Source: Bacteroidales bacterium (GTDB taxonomy: Bacteria > Bacteroidota > Bacteroidia > Bacteroidales > TTA-H9). Taken from it: a stretch of 64,000 nt of DNA. Of the stretch, positions 47,012 through 56,661 are shown in pieces. The stretch lies in assembly GCA_035411425.1 (NCBI GenBank), contig DAONSX010000003.1, positions 27,534 through 91,533 of the forward strand, in the 5' to 3' direction. Below the pieces are notes generated by a model that saw only the letters and a program-made list of their open reading frames with translations, was not told the DNA's origin and made no database searches. The translations under genes were made by a program, and so were the position numbers. Positions within the stretch are counted from its first letter, which is position 1; every line of letters begins with the position of its first letter.

Positions 47012-47674
47012 ATGAAAAACAAAAGGGTGGTCTTAGCAGCATTGTTGATGATTACGATGGTTGCTTTTTCGGTACAAACGAAAGCACAAAAGGGTTATTC
47101 ATTCAATGTAAACGCTATGGTTCAAAATTCATGGTTGTTTAATTCGGATGACAGTGATATGGATAATTTTTCCCAGAAAGCTTATATCCATCCAGCTTTA
47201 AGCATAGGTGCGGGATACAACTTTACCGAAAAGTTAGGAATGGGATTAGACGTAATGTATTCGTTTCAGGGACGCAAACAGGAAGTAGGTGGAGTGGAAA
47301 CGCGTATAAAACTCGATTACGTCAAAATTCCTCTGTATTTCCATTTCAACACTAATCCTGCTCAGAAGTGGATGTTCAGCCTAAATGTGGGGCCTCAATT
47401 CAATATTCTGACCACTGCCAAGTATCTCGATGCCAATGACAACGAAATGGACATCAAGCATCATTACGAAAATTTGACTTTTGGTGGTTTTATTGGAGCT
47501 GGGGGAGAATATCAAATTAATTCCAAATTCAATGTATTTGGCATGGTGAGATTCGATTATGATTTTACCAATCCGGAAAATAAGGATGCATTGGGATACA
47601 ATCCCGATCGAGCTAATTCGCATAACTCCACTTTAGGTCTGCAAGTAGGGTTACGTTATAAATTAGGTGAATAA
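47012..47674 (+). CDS. Porin-family small outer-membrane beta-barrel protein (OMP_b-brl_2-like)
   Basis: Signal peptide ending TKAQKG, alternating beta-strand pattern, 220 aa, and the terminal strand LGLQVGLRYKLGE. Confidence 0.75.
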   Translation: MKNKRVVLAALLMITMVAFSVQTKAQKGYSFNVNAMVQNSWLFNSDDSDMDNFSQKAYIHPALSIGAGYNFTEKLGMGLDVMYSFQGRKQEVGGVETRIKLDYVKIPLYFHFNTNPAQKWMFSLNVGPQFNILTTAKYLDANDNEMDIKHHYENLTFGGFIGAGGEYQINSKFNVFGMVRFDYDFTNPENKDALGYNPDRANSHNSTLGLQVGLRYKLGE

Positions 47675-47757
47675 GGAATTAATTGCCTATAAATTCACCG
47701 GTTCTGCTTCCGGTACATATAAAAAGCAGGCTTCTGTGAGTGTTTTGGTTGATTATG

Positions 47758-47778
47758 CGGCCCGCCTTCGGCGGGCCG
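47758..47778. terminator. GC-rich hairpin between convergent genes (putative bidirectional terminator)
   Basis: cggcccgcc (47758-47766) pairs with ggcgggccg (47770-47778) across the loop ttc. The flanking T-runs are weak. Confidence 0.45.
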
Positions 47779-47842
47779 AAAACTTTTCGAAACTCTAAAA
47801 AATCAGAAAGTAAAATCCTACCATACTCACTAAACAAAAAAT

Positions 47843-48268
47843 TTAATCCTTGGGATAGGGAGGCAATTCGGACTGGAATTCGATTTTTCCTGCAGCATAA
47901 TCGAGTTTCATTATTATAGTCGAATTGCCATTGGTGAGCACAATAAAATCAGCCTTCAGGGTATAATTATACAGAGTTACCTGTTCGAACACTTTTTCGG
48001 TCAAGGCTATCTCAGGGGACTTGCATTCAACCAACATCCAGGGACGCCTGTTCTTGTCGAAAACCACCAGATCGCTGCGATAAGTTTTACGCTGTATGAC
48101 GATTGAAATTTCTATTCCAATACGACCTCGTGGATAAGCACAATCTTCGACCAAAAAATGAGCAAACCATTGTCGCACCCTTTCTTCAGGGGTCAATTCA
48201 ACATACCGGCCACGAAATTCATCGAAGATCTCCTCTCGGCCGTCGATTGTGCGCGTCATTATTTTCAT
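47843..48268 (-). CDS. Type I restriction enzyme HsdR N-terminal domain-like protein (stand-alone PD-(D/E)XK-type fold)
   Basis: 141 aa. RVRQWFAHFLVED..YP......EISI......YRSDLVVFDKNRRPWMLVECKSP matches the HSDR_N_2-type motif. No hsdM or hsdS is nearby. Confidence 0.7.
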   Translation of the reverse strand: MKIMTRTIDGREEIFDEFRGRYVELTPEERVRQWFAHFLVEDCAYPRGRIGIEISIVIQRKTYRSDLVVFDKNRRPWMLVECKSPEIALTEKVFEQVTLYNYTLKADFIVLTNGNSTIIMKLDYAAGKIEFQSELPPYPKD

Positions 48269-48586
48269 GAGCTTTACAAATTTCGTTAAAATTCATTCCC
48301 CATCAATAAAAAATCCATCATAACCAGGGACAGGAAATCCTATATTCGGTGGCCAGGTGGATCGTCAGAGCGTATCGAGGCCGCTTGCATTTCGAAGTTT
48401 TCGACGGATAATCCCGATTTATTCGACAATCGAAAAAATCAGACAGAGAGTTCGTTCGATTTCTTCAAAACCGAATACAAAAAGATGCAAAGGAAATGCA
48501 ATTCAACCGAAATTCATTGCCAGACATTAATTAATGACGAATTTTCAGGAAATGAGAAAATTGAAAAGTACTAAATAAAAATGGCC

Positions 48587-48594
48587 TAATTTTG
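48587..48594 (+). promoter_or_regulatory. Bacteroidota-type -7 promoter box (TAnnTTTG)
   Basis: TAATTTTG lies 34 nt upstream of the ATG at 48629. Confidence 0.45.
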
Positions 48595-48628
48595 CTTTGG
48601 ACTGAGGATCATCATAAATCTTTCAAGG

Positions 48629-49408
48629 ATGAAAACGAAAGAAGAAATAGTAAAGAACTGGCTTCCAAGATATACAGGGGTTCCTCTGGAGGATTTCGGA
48701 AAATACATTTTACTCACCAATTTCATGGATTATCTGAATTTATTCTCCAGCATCATGGGAGTGAAAGTAAGGGGATTAGATCGGACCATGCCAGTTGCCT
48801 GTGCAGGTGATATCAGCATGATCAATTTCAGGATGGGGAGTGCCAATGCCGCTACCATTATGGATTTACTAAGTTCGATACAGCCCAAAGCGGTGTTATT
48901 TTTGGGCAAATGTGGAGGATTGAAGAAGAAAAACAATATTGGTGATCTTATTCTTCCTATTGCAGCCTTACGCGGAGAAGGCACTTCGAACGATTACATG
49001 CCTGAAATGGTACCTGCCCTGCCAGCTTTTGCACTTCAAAAGGCCATTTCGACTACCATACGTGATTATGGAAAAGATTACTGGACGGGTACGGTTTATA
49101 CTACCAACCGCAGAGTGTGGGAACATGACGAGGAATTCAAGTTTTTCCTCCGTAAAACACGTTGTATGGCTATCGATATGGAAACCGCCACACTTTTCGT
49201 CACGGGCTTTGCCAATCATATTTCTACAGGCGCCTTACTTTTGGTATCCGATCAACCCATGATTCCCGATGGAGTGAAAACCGAAGAAAAAGACCGGGAA
49301 GTTTCTCTTCATTTTACCGAACTTCACCTTCGCATTGGGATAGATTCACTACGCCAGCTCATCAATAATGGTCTCACGGTGAAACATCTGATCTTCGACC
49401 TCGAATAA
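48629..49408 (+). CDS. AMP nucleosidase-like / PNP_UDP_1 family nucleoside phosphorylase-fold enzyme
   Basis: 259 aa. FLGKCGGL...GD.ILP and MAIDMETATLF are nucleoside-phosphorylase-fold motifs. The size matches the short Bacteroidota AMP nucleosidase. Confidence 0.7.
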   Translation: MKTKEEIVKNWLPRYTGVPLEDFGKYILLTNFMDYLNLFSSIMGVKVRGLDRTMPVACAGDISMINFRMGSANAATIMDLLSSIQPKAVLFLGKCGGLKKKNNIGDLILPIAALRGEGTSNDYMPEMVPALPAFALQKAISTTIRDYGKDYWTGTVYTTNRRVWEHDEEFKFFLRKTRCMAIDMETATLFVTGFANHISTGALLLVSDQPMIPDGVKTEEKDREVSLHFTELHLRIGIDSLRQLINNGLTVKHLIFDLE

Positions 49409-49432
49409 ATTCTCCCCGATTTTCTATTCAAA

Positions 49433-50446
49433 ATGACTTTTGAACAAATCTATACCGATTTAAAAAACAAGATTTATAAACCCCTTTATCTATTTTACGG
49501 GGATGAATCCTTTTACATCGATTTTCTGACCGACTACATGACAGGGAATATTCTCAAGGAAGAAGAAAAAGATTTCAATCTTTCGGTATTCTATGGTTTA
49601 AATACTACTGGTTCGTCAATCGTAGACAGGGCTCGCCGTTATCCAACCATGGCCGATTACAACCTCGTTATTGTGCGAGAAGCGCAGCAATTACGCTCGG
49701 AACTGGACCAGCTAAGCCAGTATGCCCTTCATCCAAGCTCTTCTACAATTTTGACAGTTGCCTTGAAATTGCAATCCAGCAGGAAACATGAATTGTTGAA
49801 AGATTTCAAAAAAGCCGTCGATAAATTCGGAGTATCCTTTGAATCGAAAAAACTTTACGATGATAAGATTCCACAATGGATTCGAAAATATCTGAGTGCC
49901 AGGGGTTATACTATTACAGATCATGCCTGCCAGATGATGGCCGACGACCTTGGCAACGACTTGAGCTTAATCGTTAACGAATGCGCCAAACTCATCATCA
50001 ATCTGCCCAAAGGGTCAAATATAACCCCCGAGATTATCGAAAAATACATTGGCATTAGCAAGGATTTCAATCCCTTCGAATTATGCAGGACTATTTCACA
50101 ACGCAACAAATTCGGCACTGCTCAAATCGTTCTTTATTTTGCCAGCAATCCAAAAGAAAATCCTCCTATAAAAATCAGTACAGTTTTATTTAATTATTTC
50201 CAAAAATTATGGATTTATCATCAATTAAATGATAAAAAAGCCTCAGTAGCTGCTCCTATCCTGGGAGTAAATCCTTTTTTCGTGAAAGAATATGCTGCAG
50301 CCGCGCGAAATTTCAATCTCCCTCAATGCAGTCAGGTTTTGCAACTTATAAGCGAATATGATTTGAAATTCAAGGGTGTAGATATCGATCAGGCTGATCC
50401 GGTGGAAATGATGAAGGAAATGATCTATAAGATTCTATCGGTTTAA
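49433..50446 (+). CDS. holA: DNA polymerase III subunit delta
   Basis: 337 aa. N-terminal PLYLFYGDESFYID is the typical HolA start (Y...G.E.f). Helical C-terminal domains follow. Confidence 0.85.
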   Translation: MTFEQIYTDLKNKIYKPLYLFYGDESFYIDFLTDYMTGNILKEEEKDFNLSVFYGLNTTGSSIVDRARRYPTMADYNLVIVREAQQLRSELDQLSQYALHPSSSTILTVALKLQSSRKHELLKDFKKAVDKFGVSFESKKLYDDKIPQWIRKYLSARGYTITDHACQMMADDLGNDLSLIVNECAKLIINLPKGSNITPEIIEKYIGISKDFNPFELCRTISQRNKFGTAQIVLYFASNPKENPPIKISTVLFNYFQKLWIYHQLNDKKASVAAPILGVNPFFVKEYAAAARNFNLPQCSQVLQLISEYDLKFKGVDIDQADPVEMMKEMIYKILSV

Positions 50447-53400
50447 TTGGCAGAGGTAGAGATATTCAGAGATTCTTCCTGAATGATTTTACGTTTTTTC
50501 CTGAACAGTTCGGCCAGATTATTAAAATCTTTTCTGTAAAACAGTCCAATGCCTTGGGTATAAGGGGCCGAAACGGTAAGTAATTCAGTAGTATTGGATC
50601 GGTTGAAGGCTCTGAGACGAAGTTTACCATCGCGTGTGAGCATTACTTCTACATTGATATCACCCACCACATTGCTTGTTTTGTTTGCATTTTGCATTCC
50701 CACCACGCCCAAATTCCCGTCGATAGTTACACGTTGATCAAAAAGTTGGGTGCTTAGGGCAAGTTCGAGTTCCTGAGCCGAAATAGCATCGCCAGGCCGA
50801 TAATTTATCCCGATATCGAAATCTTGACTAATTTGAGACAATAGATTGCTGATTTGATTCGAAAGCATCTGGAACGAAGAGATTCCCAAGCTATTTCCAA
50901 ATGATTTATTGGTAACTGCGAAGCTAAAATTATTCAACACCAGAAGGGATACGAACTGTTGAGTCATAACCATCTGATTGGTAGTATCGAGTTTGGCATA
51001 AACGGCTCGTTCGATGTCAGGATCGATTTTTGGAAATTGAATGCTGAAGGTGATAAAAGGATTCAACAGCTTATTTTGAAGATGTATAATGGTTTTTACA
51101 GGTATTCGAGCCGAAGTGACGGTAGAATCGAGGTCTAATCCCAATCCACTAAGGGTAGTACGCGTGGTAAATGAAGCTCTTAAATTTATTTGAGCATCCA
51201 ACGGATCGCCAGAAAAATGTATGGTCGAACCCTTCTCGATTTCGAGCATTCGGCTGAGGATATTTTGCAGATTAAACAGGAATGAACCTGATTGAATTTC
51301 ATATTGGCCATTGATATTGAGATCGCCTCTCGAATTTACTTCTAACGTAATCATACCTTCGCCCGTCCCCTCTATGGTTCCGGCATCTTGTGGAAGGCTT
51401 ACTTTTATCCTGGCCTGAGGAGTTAGTGTCAATACCGAAAAAACATTGAAACCAGAAACATTCAAATTGGTACGTTCCACCTTCTTCAACTTCAAAGTAT
51501 CTTCGGGTTGTTTAAAATATAAGAAACTCGAAGAACGAACATCCACCGTCGACGACAATGGCACGTAAATATTGCTTCCCTTCTCGGTAATGGCATTGGC
51601 TTCGATATTCAAGTTATTTATAGAACCCGAAACGCGAATTTGACCCGAAATAAAGGCAATTCCATTCACATATTTGTTTTGTTGAGGCTCGGCATTGAAC
51701 AAAATGAAATTTTCAGGTTGCAATCGAATATCCAAATACATATCCTGGAAATTCTTATGGGCAATATATCCATCACAAAAAGCAACATTCCCCAACGAAT
51801 CATTTATTTTCAGTTTGTTGAAAATTATTCTCGAAGGTTCGACTATAATTTCATCCGAAAAAGAATAGGTAGTATTGAAAAATTTCGGACGAATCTTGGC
51901 ACGAATAAACTTCAACTTTCCATGAATTTCAGGACTTTTAACTGAGCCTTCGAGTTCGATATTCGAGCTTAGAAAACCTTCGAGTTCAGCGATAGCAATG
52001 TTTAGAAAAGGTTGAATGGGCTTCAGATTGAAATTTTCCATTTTCAGTTTGATGTCGAAATTCTGTTTTGGATCTGAAGGATAATAATATCCGGATAAAT
52101 CGATGGGATGAGATTGAAATTTATTGTTAACCAGAGTTGATTTAGCCTTTACAAAGAGGGCTTTCGATTTTGTATTCCACAAGGAAGTGAGTTCCATAAA
52201 ACCCAGATTTTGTTGATTGACAGCCAGATGATCGATTCGCATCTCGGCCTGAATCAAAGGTTTGTTATCTTCCTGATGAAGCTGGATGTGTCCTTGAAGC
52301 AAGCCTCCTATTTGTAAACCAAAGGGCTGCAAAAAGAAGTCGGCATGAGAAAGACTGAAATTATGGAATTGTGCATTAAGCATTTTAGTGCTATCGGAGC
52401 TGTAGGCTCCATCGATGTATAAACTCTCGTTTTCTGAAGTGATCTCGAGTCGATGGATATCGATTTCCTGTTTCCGAAAGATTATTTTATTGTCGGGTTG
52501 AATTACGTAGATATTATCATCTAAATTGAACGAAGATTCTATGAATTGCATAAAAATTTCAGGATAATTCGAAAACGACAGGTAACCTTTCAGGTTTCCA
52601 TAATTGGATGAATCTTCGGGTAAGAGGCCCCATTTCATATTGTATCGGATACTATCGTATGCAATATTGGCAGTAAGGTCAAATTTATCGAGGCCAAAAT
52701 ACAAGATACTATCCTTCTTCATTTCTACAAAATTTACTTTTCTAATATTGGTTTCCAATGTAATAGCATCTTGAAAGGATTGGCTGCGCAAGGAAAGATT
52801 ATTCATCTTGACGCCGTAAACGCTCAAGGTATCGGTTTGTGCTTCGAGGCTTAAAATCCGGTCTTTAGTGTCGAATTGTCCTTTGATGCGGCTATTATTC
52901 GCAACTTTTAGCCATGGCAGGAATAGTGCGGTCAATTCGTTCAGCTTTTTTATTCTTATATCATAGACGAAATTCTGGCCTGTGGTGTCGCTAAGGGTTT
53001 GACCCAAATTATGAAATGAATTCAAATAATTATTAAAAAATAACGAAAATGAATATCCTAATTGGGCAAATTGAATTTCTCCTCTCACACTGGCATCGAA
53101 GAATGGAGAAAGGAGGCTCAAAGTACGTTCACCAGTCGGAGTAAGTAACGTATTTAAAAAAATGCGATTGGCCGAATAATCTTTCCCTTTTTCGGTATAA
53201 TTCACTTCGGTTAAATCTATAGAACCTTCCAGATTGTCGAGGTGTGAGCCCAAGAAATTTGCCCTGAGCTCGAAATTTAGTTCACATAACGAATCGCCGC
53301 GATCGATCATTCCAAGATTTTGCAAATACGCATGCGAAACCCCTGCAGTAAAGTTATATTCGGGTATATCTTCGCTCAAGTCGATCGACCCATCGAAATT

Positions 53401-54867
53401 GAGATTCAAGTTGGGATCATCGATGTTGATTTCACCCTGAAATTGCTTTTTGGATAGTTCTCCACGCACGGTCAGATTTTTATAAGGATAACGATTGAAT
53501 TCGAATTTTTGAACCATAACATTCAATCTTACATTTGCGCTATCGAGACTGAAACCCTTGCCCTCGACATCTCCAGCCATACTTACCGCCCCTATTAATT
53601 GCGGAACTTCTAAAATCCTTCCCAGATCAAAATTATCTGTCGCCAAATTTCCACGGTATTCATATTGACCATTTGGAAGTGCCATTAGTTTCAAATCAGT
53701 AATCAACACACCAACTCCCGTTGTAAATCTTGCATTTGCCACAAAATCGTTGTAAAATCCCAAAAATTCGCCCGAAATACTTACAAATCCCAATTCATAA
53801 ATCTGCTTTGGCAGATGAATCTTTTCTTTCAATCGAAAATTCCCAGGTAAGGTAAAATTATTGACATCTTTCATATCGGCATATAATTGCCTAGCTTTTA
53901 ACACGATAAAAGTTTCTTCGATGTCGGGCATTCCCGTCATTTGCAAATCACCCTTAAAAATGGTTTTTTCCCCTGTTCTTATCGTTAAGGCTTCGCCTCG
54001 CATATCAGGTACTTTCCCAAAAACTTTACCCTTTACCAAGATGTTCTGATTCATTCCTTCCAGAGAAACTGCAAAAGGCGAAAAATCTATAAAATTAAGC
54101 CTCGAATCCTGAAATTCAGTTTGAATATACATACGATCGACAAAATGATTATAATCATCGAAATCATTGTATTCAAAGGTAAGTTTCATGTTTACATCAC
54201 TGTAAGGAGTCTTGAATTTAAAATCATCGATGATTAAATGCTGCGACGATACAGTAAATTTTCCTTGCAGGTGTTCGAATTTTAAGCCCGATCGTTCTTC
54301 AGCTTGCAGTTCTTTGACTCTAAAAGTCATCGAATCTCCGGTAAAAATATAAGAAAATGCTTCCAGATTTATTCCATTTATTTCAATAAAGGCATAATCC
54401 ATTCCTTTTTCACGTTTACCGCATTTATTCTGGTCTTGATACATAAAATGGCTATTCTGGAATTCAAATCTTCGTACGATGATCTTCAAATCACCTACTC
54501 CAAATTTTCGAGGCTGCTCGTGCTTTGGTTTTCCTGAAGAGAATTTGCCAAACACATGGGTAATATTTAATTTTTTATCCCCATAATATTTTACCAGATT
54601 TACTTCTGCATTTTCGGCTTTTACTGAATTGAAAAACAGAATTTTTTGGTGAGGCTGTATCATATTGATATTCACTGAAAGCCTCTCGGCTCTTATTAAA
54701 ACAGTTCCACAGGAATCTTCCATATAAACATCACGCAAAACAATACCTGACAAAGGATGCAGATACATACCCCCAATCCCCACCTTAACACTCAAAACTT
54801 GAGACAATTTACCCGCAACCTTTTCCCCTAAGGCAGTCTGAACACCGGGATGCAACATGATTGCCAT
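50443..54867 (-). CDS. tamB: Translocation and assembly module TamB-like protein (DUF490 C-terminus). The true start is probably upstream, near 54933.
   Basis: 1474 aa of beta-rich repetitive protein. The C-terminus LSTQLFDQRVTIDGNLGV...GDINVEV.LTRDGKLRLRAFNRSN is TamB/DUF490-like. The expected N-terminal membrane anchor is encoded in frame upstream of the first ATG. Confidence 0.85.
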   Translation of the reverse strand: MAIMLHPGVQTALGEKVAGKLSQVLSVKVGIGGMYLHPLSGIVLRDVYMEDSCGTVLIRAERLSVNINMIQPHQKILFFNSVKAENAEVNLVKYYGDKKLNITHVFGKFSSGKPKHEQPRKFGVGDLKIIVRRFEFQNSHFMYQDQNKCGKREKGMDYAFIEINGINLEAFSYIFTGDSMTFRVKELQAEERSGLKFEHLQGKFTVSSQHLIIDDFKFKTPYSDVNMKLTFEYNDFDDYNHFVDRMYIQTEFQDSRLNFIDFSPFAVSLEGMNQNILVKGKVFGKVPDMRGEALTIRTGEKTIFKGDLQMTGMPDIEETFIVLKARQLYADMKDVNNFTLPGNFRLKEKIHLPKQIYELGFVSISGEFLGFYNDFVANARFTTGVGVLITDLKLMALPNGQYEYRGNLATDNFDLGRILEVPQLIGAVSMAGDVEGKGFSLDSANVRLNVMVQKFEFNRYPYKNLTVRGELSKKQFQGEINIDDPNLNLNFDGSIDLSEDIPEYNFTAGVSHAYLQNLGMIDRGDSLCELNFELRANFLGSHLDNLEGSIDLTEVNYTEKGKDYSANRIFLNTLLTPTGERTLSLLSPFFDASVRGEIQFAQLGYSFSLFFNNYLNSFHNLGQTLSDTTGQNFVYDIRIKKLNELTALFLPWLKVANNSRIKGQFDTKDRILSLEAQTDTLSVYGVKMNNLSLRSQSFQDAITLETNIRKVNFVEMKKDSILYFGLDKFDLTANIAYDSIRYNMKWGLLPEDSSNYGNLKGYLSFSNYPEIFMQFIESSFNLDDNIYVIQPDNKIIFRKQEIDIHRLEITSENESLYIDGAYSSDSTKMLNAQFHNFSLSHADFFLQPFGLQIGGLLQGHIQLHQEDNKPLIQAEMRIDHLAVNQQNLGFMELTSLWNTKSKALFVKAKSTLVNNKFQSHPIDLSGYYYPSDPKQNFDIKLKMENFNLKPIQPFLNIAIAELEGFLSSNIELEGSVKSPEIHGKLKFIRAKIRPKFFNTTYSFSDEIIVEPSRIIFNKLKINDSLGNVAFCDGYIAHKNFQDMYLDIRLQPENFILFNAEPQQNKYVNGIAFISGQIRVSGSINNLNIEANAITEKGSNIYVPLSSTVDVRSSSFLYFKQPEDTLKLKKVERTNLNVSGFNVFSVLTLTPQARIKVSLPQDAGTIEGTGEGMITLEVNSRGDLNINGQYEIQSGSFLFNLQNILSRMLEIEKGSTIHFSGDPLDAQINLRASFTTRTTLSGLGLDLDSTVTSARIPVKTIIHLQNKLLNPFITFSIQFPKIDPDIERAVYAKLDTTNQMVMTQQFVSLLVLNNFSFAVTNKSFGNSLGISSFQMLSNQISNLLSQISQDFDIGINYRPGDAISAQELELALSTQLFDQRVTIDGNLGVVGMQNANKTSNVVGDINVEVMLTRDGKLRLRAFNRSNTTELLTVSAPYTQGIGLFYRKDFNNLAELFRKKRKIIQEESLNISTSAN

Positions 54868-54951
54868 ACCCGAAGAAATAACAATTGTTATCCCGACGAC
54901 AAAATAGAATAATATTTTTATTAACTTCTTAATAAGCCAAAATTTTGAATT

Positions 54952-55554
54952 CTAAGTAAAAATAACCTTCCATATTCCATTTTCTTCCTGCTTGATGATA
55001 TAATTATCGCGCACGAAACGGTAAATAATGAATGACAGAAAAAATATAAAAAAACGTGATACACATTGAGCAAGAGTAATAAAGGGCATTAAGCCAATAT
55101 TCAATTTCCAGATGAAAACCGTACGAATAAAAAGAAAAGCATTGATGATGCCAAGAAGTAAAAGTGCCTGCCTGTTCCATCTAAGCACTGGACCAAGTAA
55201 GAATAAATTGAGGATATTGAAAAAATTTGTACCTAAAAACCAGATTATTGTAATCCATAAAGGAAATTCGATAATGCCATAAATCTTCATCATGGGAAAT
55301 TGCTGCATCAGACTGATGAAACAACTGACTATCACAAAGAGAATCAAGAAAATGATGCCCACTCTCAGGCGATTACGAATTCGAAATGGAGGTGTAAACG
55401 AAATCTCTTTGGCTATGTACTTAATCCATCGGTAATCATTGGAGATTTCCACTTCCAGAGTCTCGATCAGATGGTCGAATACTTGTTGTTTTGTCCATCC
55501 TTGTTTTAACCCTCGTCTGATGGTTTTCCTTAAATTGTACTTTTTCTTTGCCAT
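54952..55554 (-). CDS. Hypothetical multi-pass membrane protein
   Basis: Starts MAKKKYNLRK and has about 4 hydrophobic helices. A TAnnTTTG box 4 nt upstream of this ATG argues against the longer ORF-track start at 55629. Confidence 0.6.
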   Translation of the reverse strand: MAKKKYNLRKTIRRGLKQGWTKQQVFDHLIETLEVEISNDYRWIKYIAKEISFTPPFRIRNRLRVGIIFLILFVIVSCFISLMQQFPMMKIYGIIEFPLWITIIWFLGTNFFNILNLFLLGPVLRWNRQALLLLGIINAFLFIRTVFIWKLNIGLMPFITLAQCVSRFFIFFLSFIIYRFVRDNYIIKQEENGIWKVIFT

Positions 55555-55558
55555 AAGG

Positions 55559-55566
55559 CAAAAATA
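55559..55566 (-). promoter_or_regulatory. Bacteroidota-type -7 promoter box 4 nt from the ATG (leaderless-type arrangement)
   Basis: The minus strand reads TATTTTTG-cctt-ATG, with the ATG at 55554. Confidence 0.4.
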
Positions 55567-55797
55567 ATGCATGTTGCAATTATTTTTGCTTTTGATTGCA
55601 CAACAATTAAAAAAACACTGTAGTTTCAAAAAAAAAGAATGATTTCCATTAGCTTATAAAGCTAAAATATTTAGATTCCGAAGATAAGTTCGAATAATTT
55701 TTATGTTTTTTACGTCGTACAGTTTTTCAACATAGAATTCTTACGAGACAAGCCAAAACTCGACAAAATGATTTTGCGGGGAGGGAATGGGAGAAAA

Positions 55798-56652
55798 TCA
55801 GTGAGGGAATGGCAATCGAAGTGAATGAGATTTGAAGCTAAGTGAGGCTTTCAATTTGAACAGCAGGTCATTGCCCAGTAGGCCATCAATAGGAGGCAAG
55901 TCCAATTTGGAATATAATGAATTAATATGTTCGAGATCGATAAGCAGCATTTCGTAATTCGTCATTTTTACCGGGCCAATGCAAAGTTCAGGGATCAGAG
56001 CAGCACCAAAGTTTTGAGCATCATTAGCAATCCCAGCGGAGGGCTGGTCGGTTCGCTCGAGCTGGCTGGCTTCATAAGGATAGAACTGTTTGAAAAGGTT
56101 TAAATCGAAAATGGTTGAAGAAGCTCCGGTATCGATTAGCATATTTGCCTTTTGTTTTCGAACCTTCAGTGTAACCATCAGATGTTCGCTGTCGGGCATA
56201 ATGCTGAGAATTTGCATTGGTTTTTTTTCTTTTTTGAGTTCGATAGTTTTCTTTTTGTAATTCAATTTTGCCTTTAGCTTAACCAGCAGGTCGCAGCCAA
56301 GTACTCCATGAATTGGATCATTGAAATACCGGGAATAAATTTGGTTGAGAGGTGAGAGATCGAGGAGTGTAGCCTGATATTTCGAAATTTTTCGTTTTTC
56401 TATTTCGAAATCGGAAACTTTCAGTAAAAAGGGTTCCAGCTCATTGCCGAGGCCCATAGCCATCATGGGGGACTCTTTCAGTTGAAATTCCGGTAAAAAA
56501 CATGAGATTCTCGCTTTGTCGAAAACCGAATGAGAGGCTCCAGAATCGATGATCCAATGAGCGGGCATACCATTTACTTTTACAGCGATAGCAATATGAT
56601 AACCTTGTTCGAGGATTTTAAAAATCTGGAAAGGGATTTCGATTCGTTTCAT
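55798..56652 (-). CDS. Tandem (two-domain) retropepsin-like aspartic protease
   Basis: Two homologous halves, each with its own catalytic and dimer-interface motifs: IIDSGASHSVF...HGVLGCDLL and LIDTGASSTIF...DGLLGNDLL. No signal peptide. Confidence 0.75.
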   Translation of the reverse strand: MKRIEIPFQIFKILEQGYHIAIAVKVNGMPAHWIIDSGASHSVFDKARISCFLPEFQLKESPMMAMGLGNELEPFLLKVSDFEIEKRKISKYQATLLDLSPLNQIYSRYFNDPIHGVLGCDLLVKLKAKLNYKKKTIELKKEKKPMQILSIMPDSEHLMVTLKVRKQKANMLIDTGASSTIFDLNLFKQFYPYEASQLERTDQPSAGIANDAQNFGAALIPELCIGPVKMTNYEMLLIDLEHINSLYSKLDLPPIDGLLGNDLLFKLKASLSFKSHSLRLPFPH

Positions 56653-56661
56653 GATAAGGGA

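Noticed and set aside
47843-48268. HsdR_N-domain protein as evidence of a type I restriction-modification / defence locus
   Set aside because: It is a stand-alone 141-aa domain protein with no hsdM, hsdS or helicase/nuclease body in the window. This small protein commonly sits near holA in Bacteroidota as a housekeeping-context gene.
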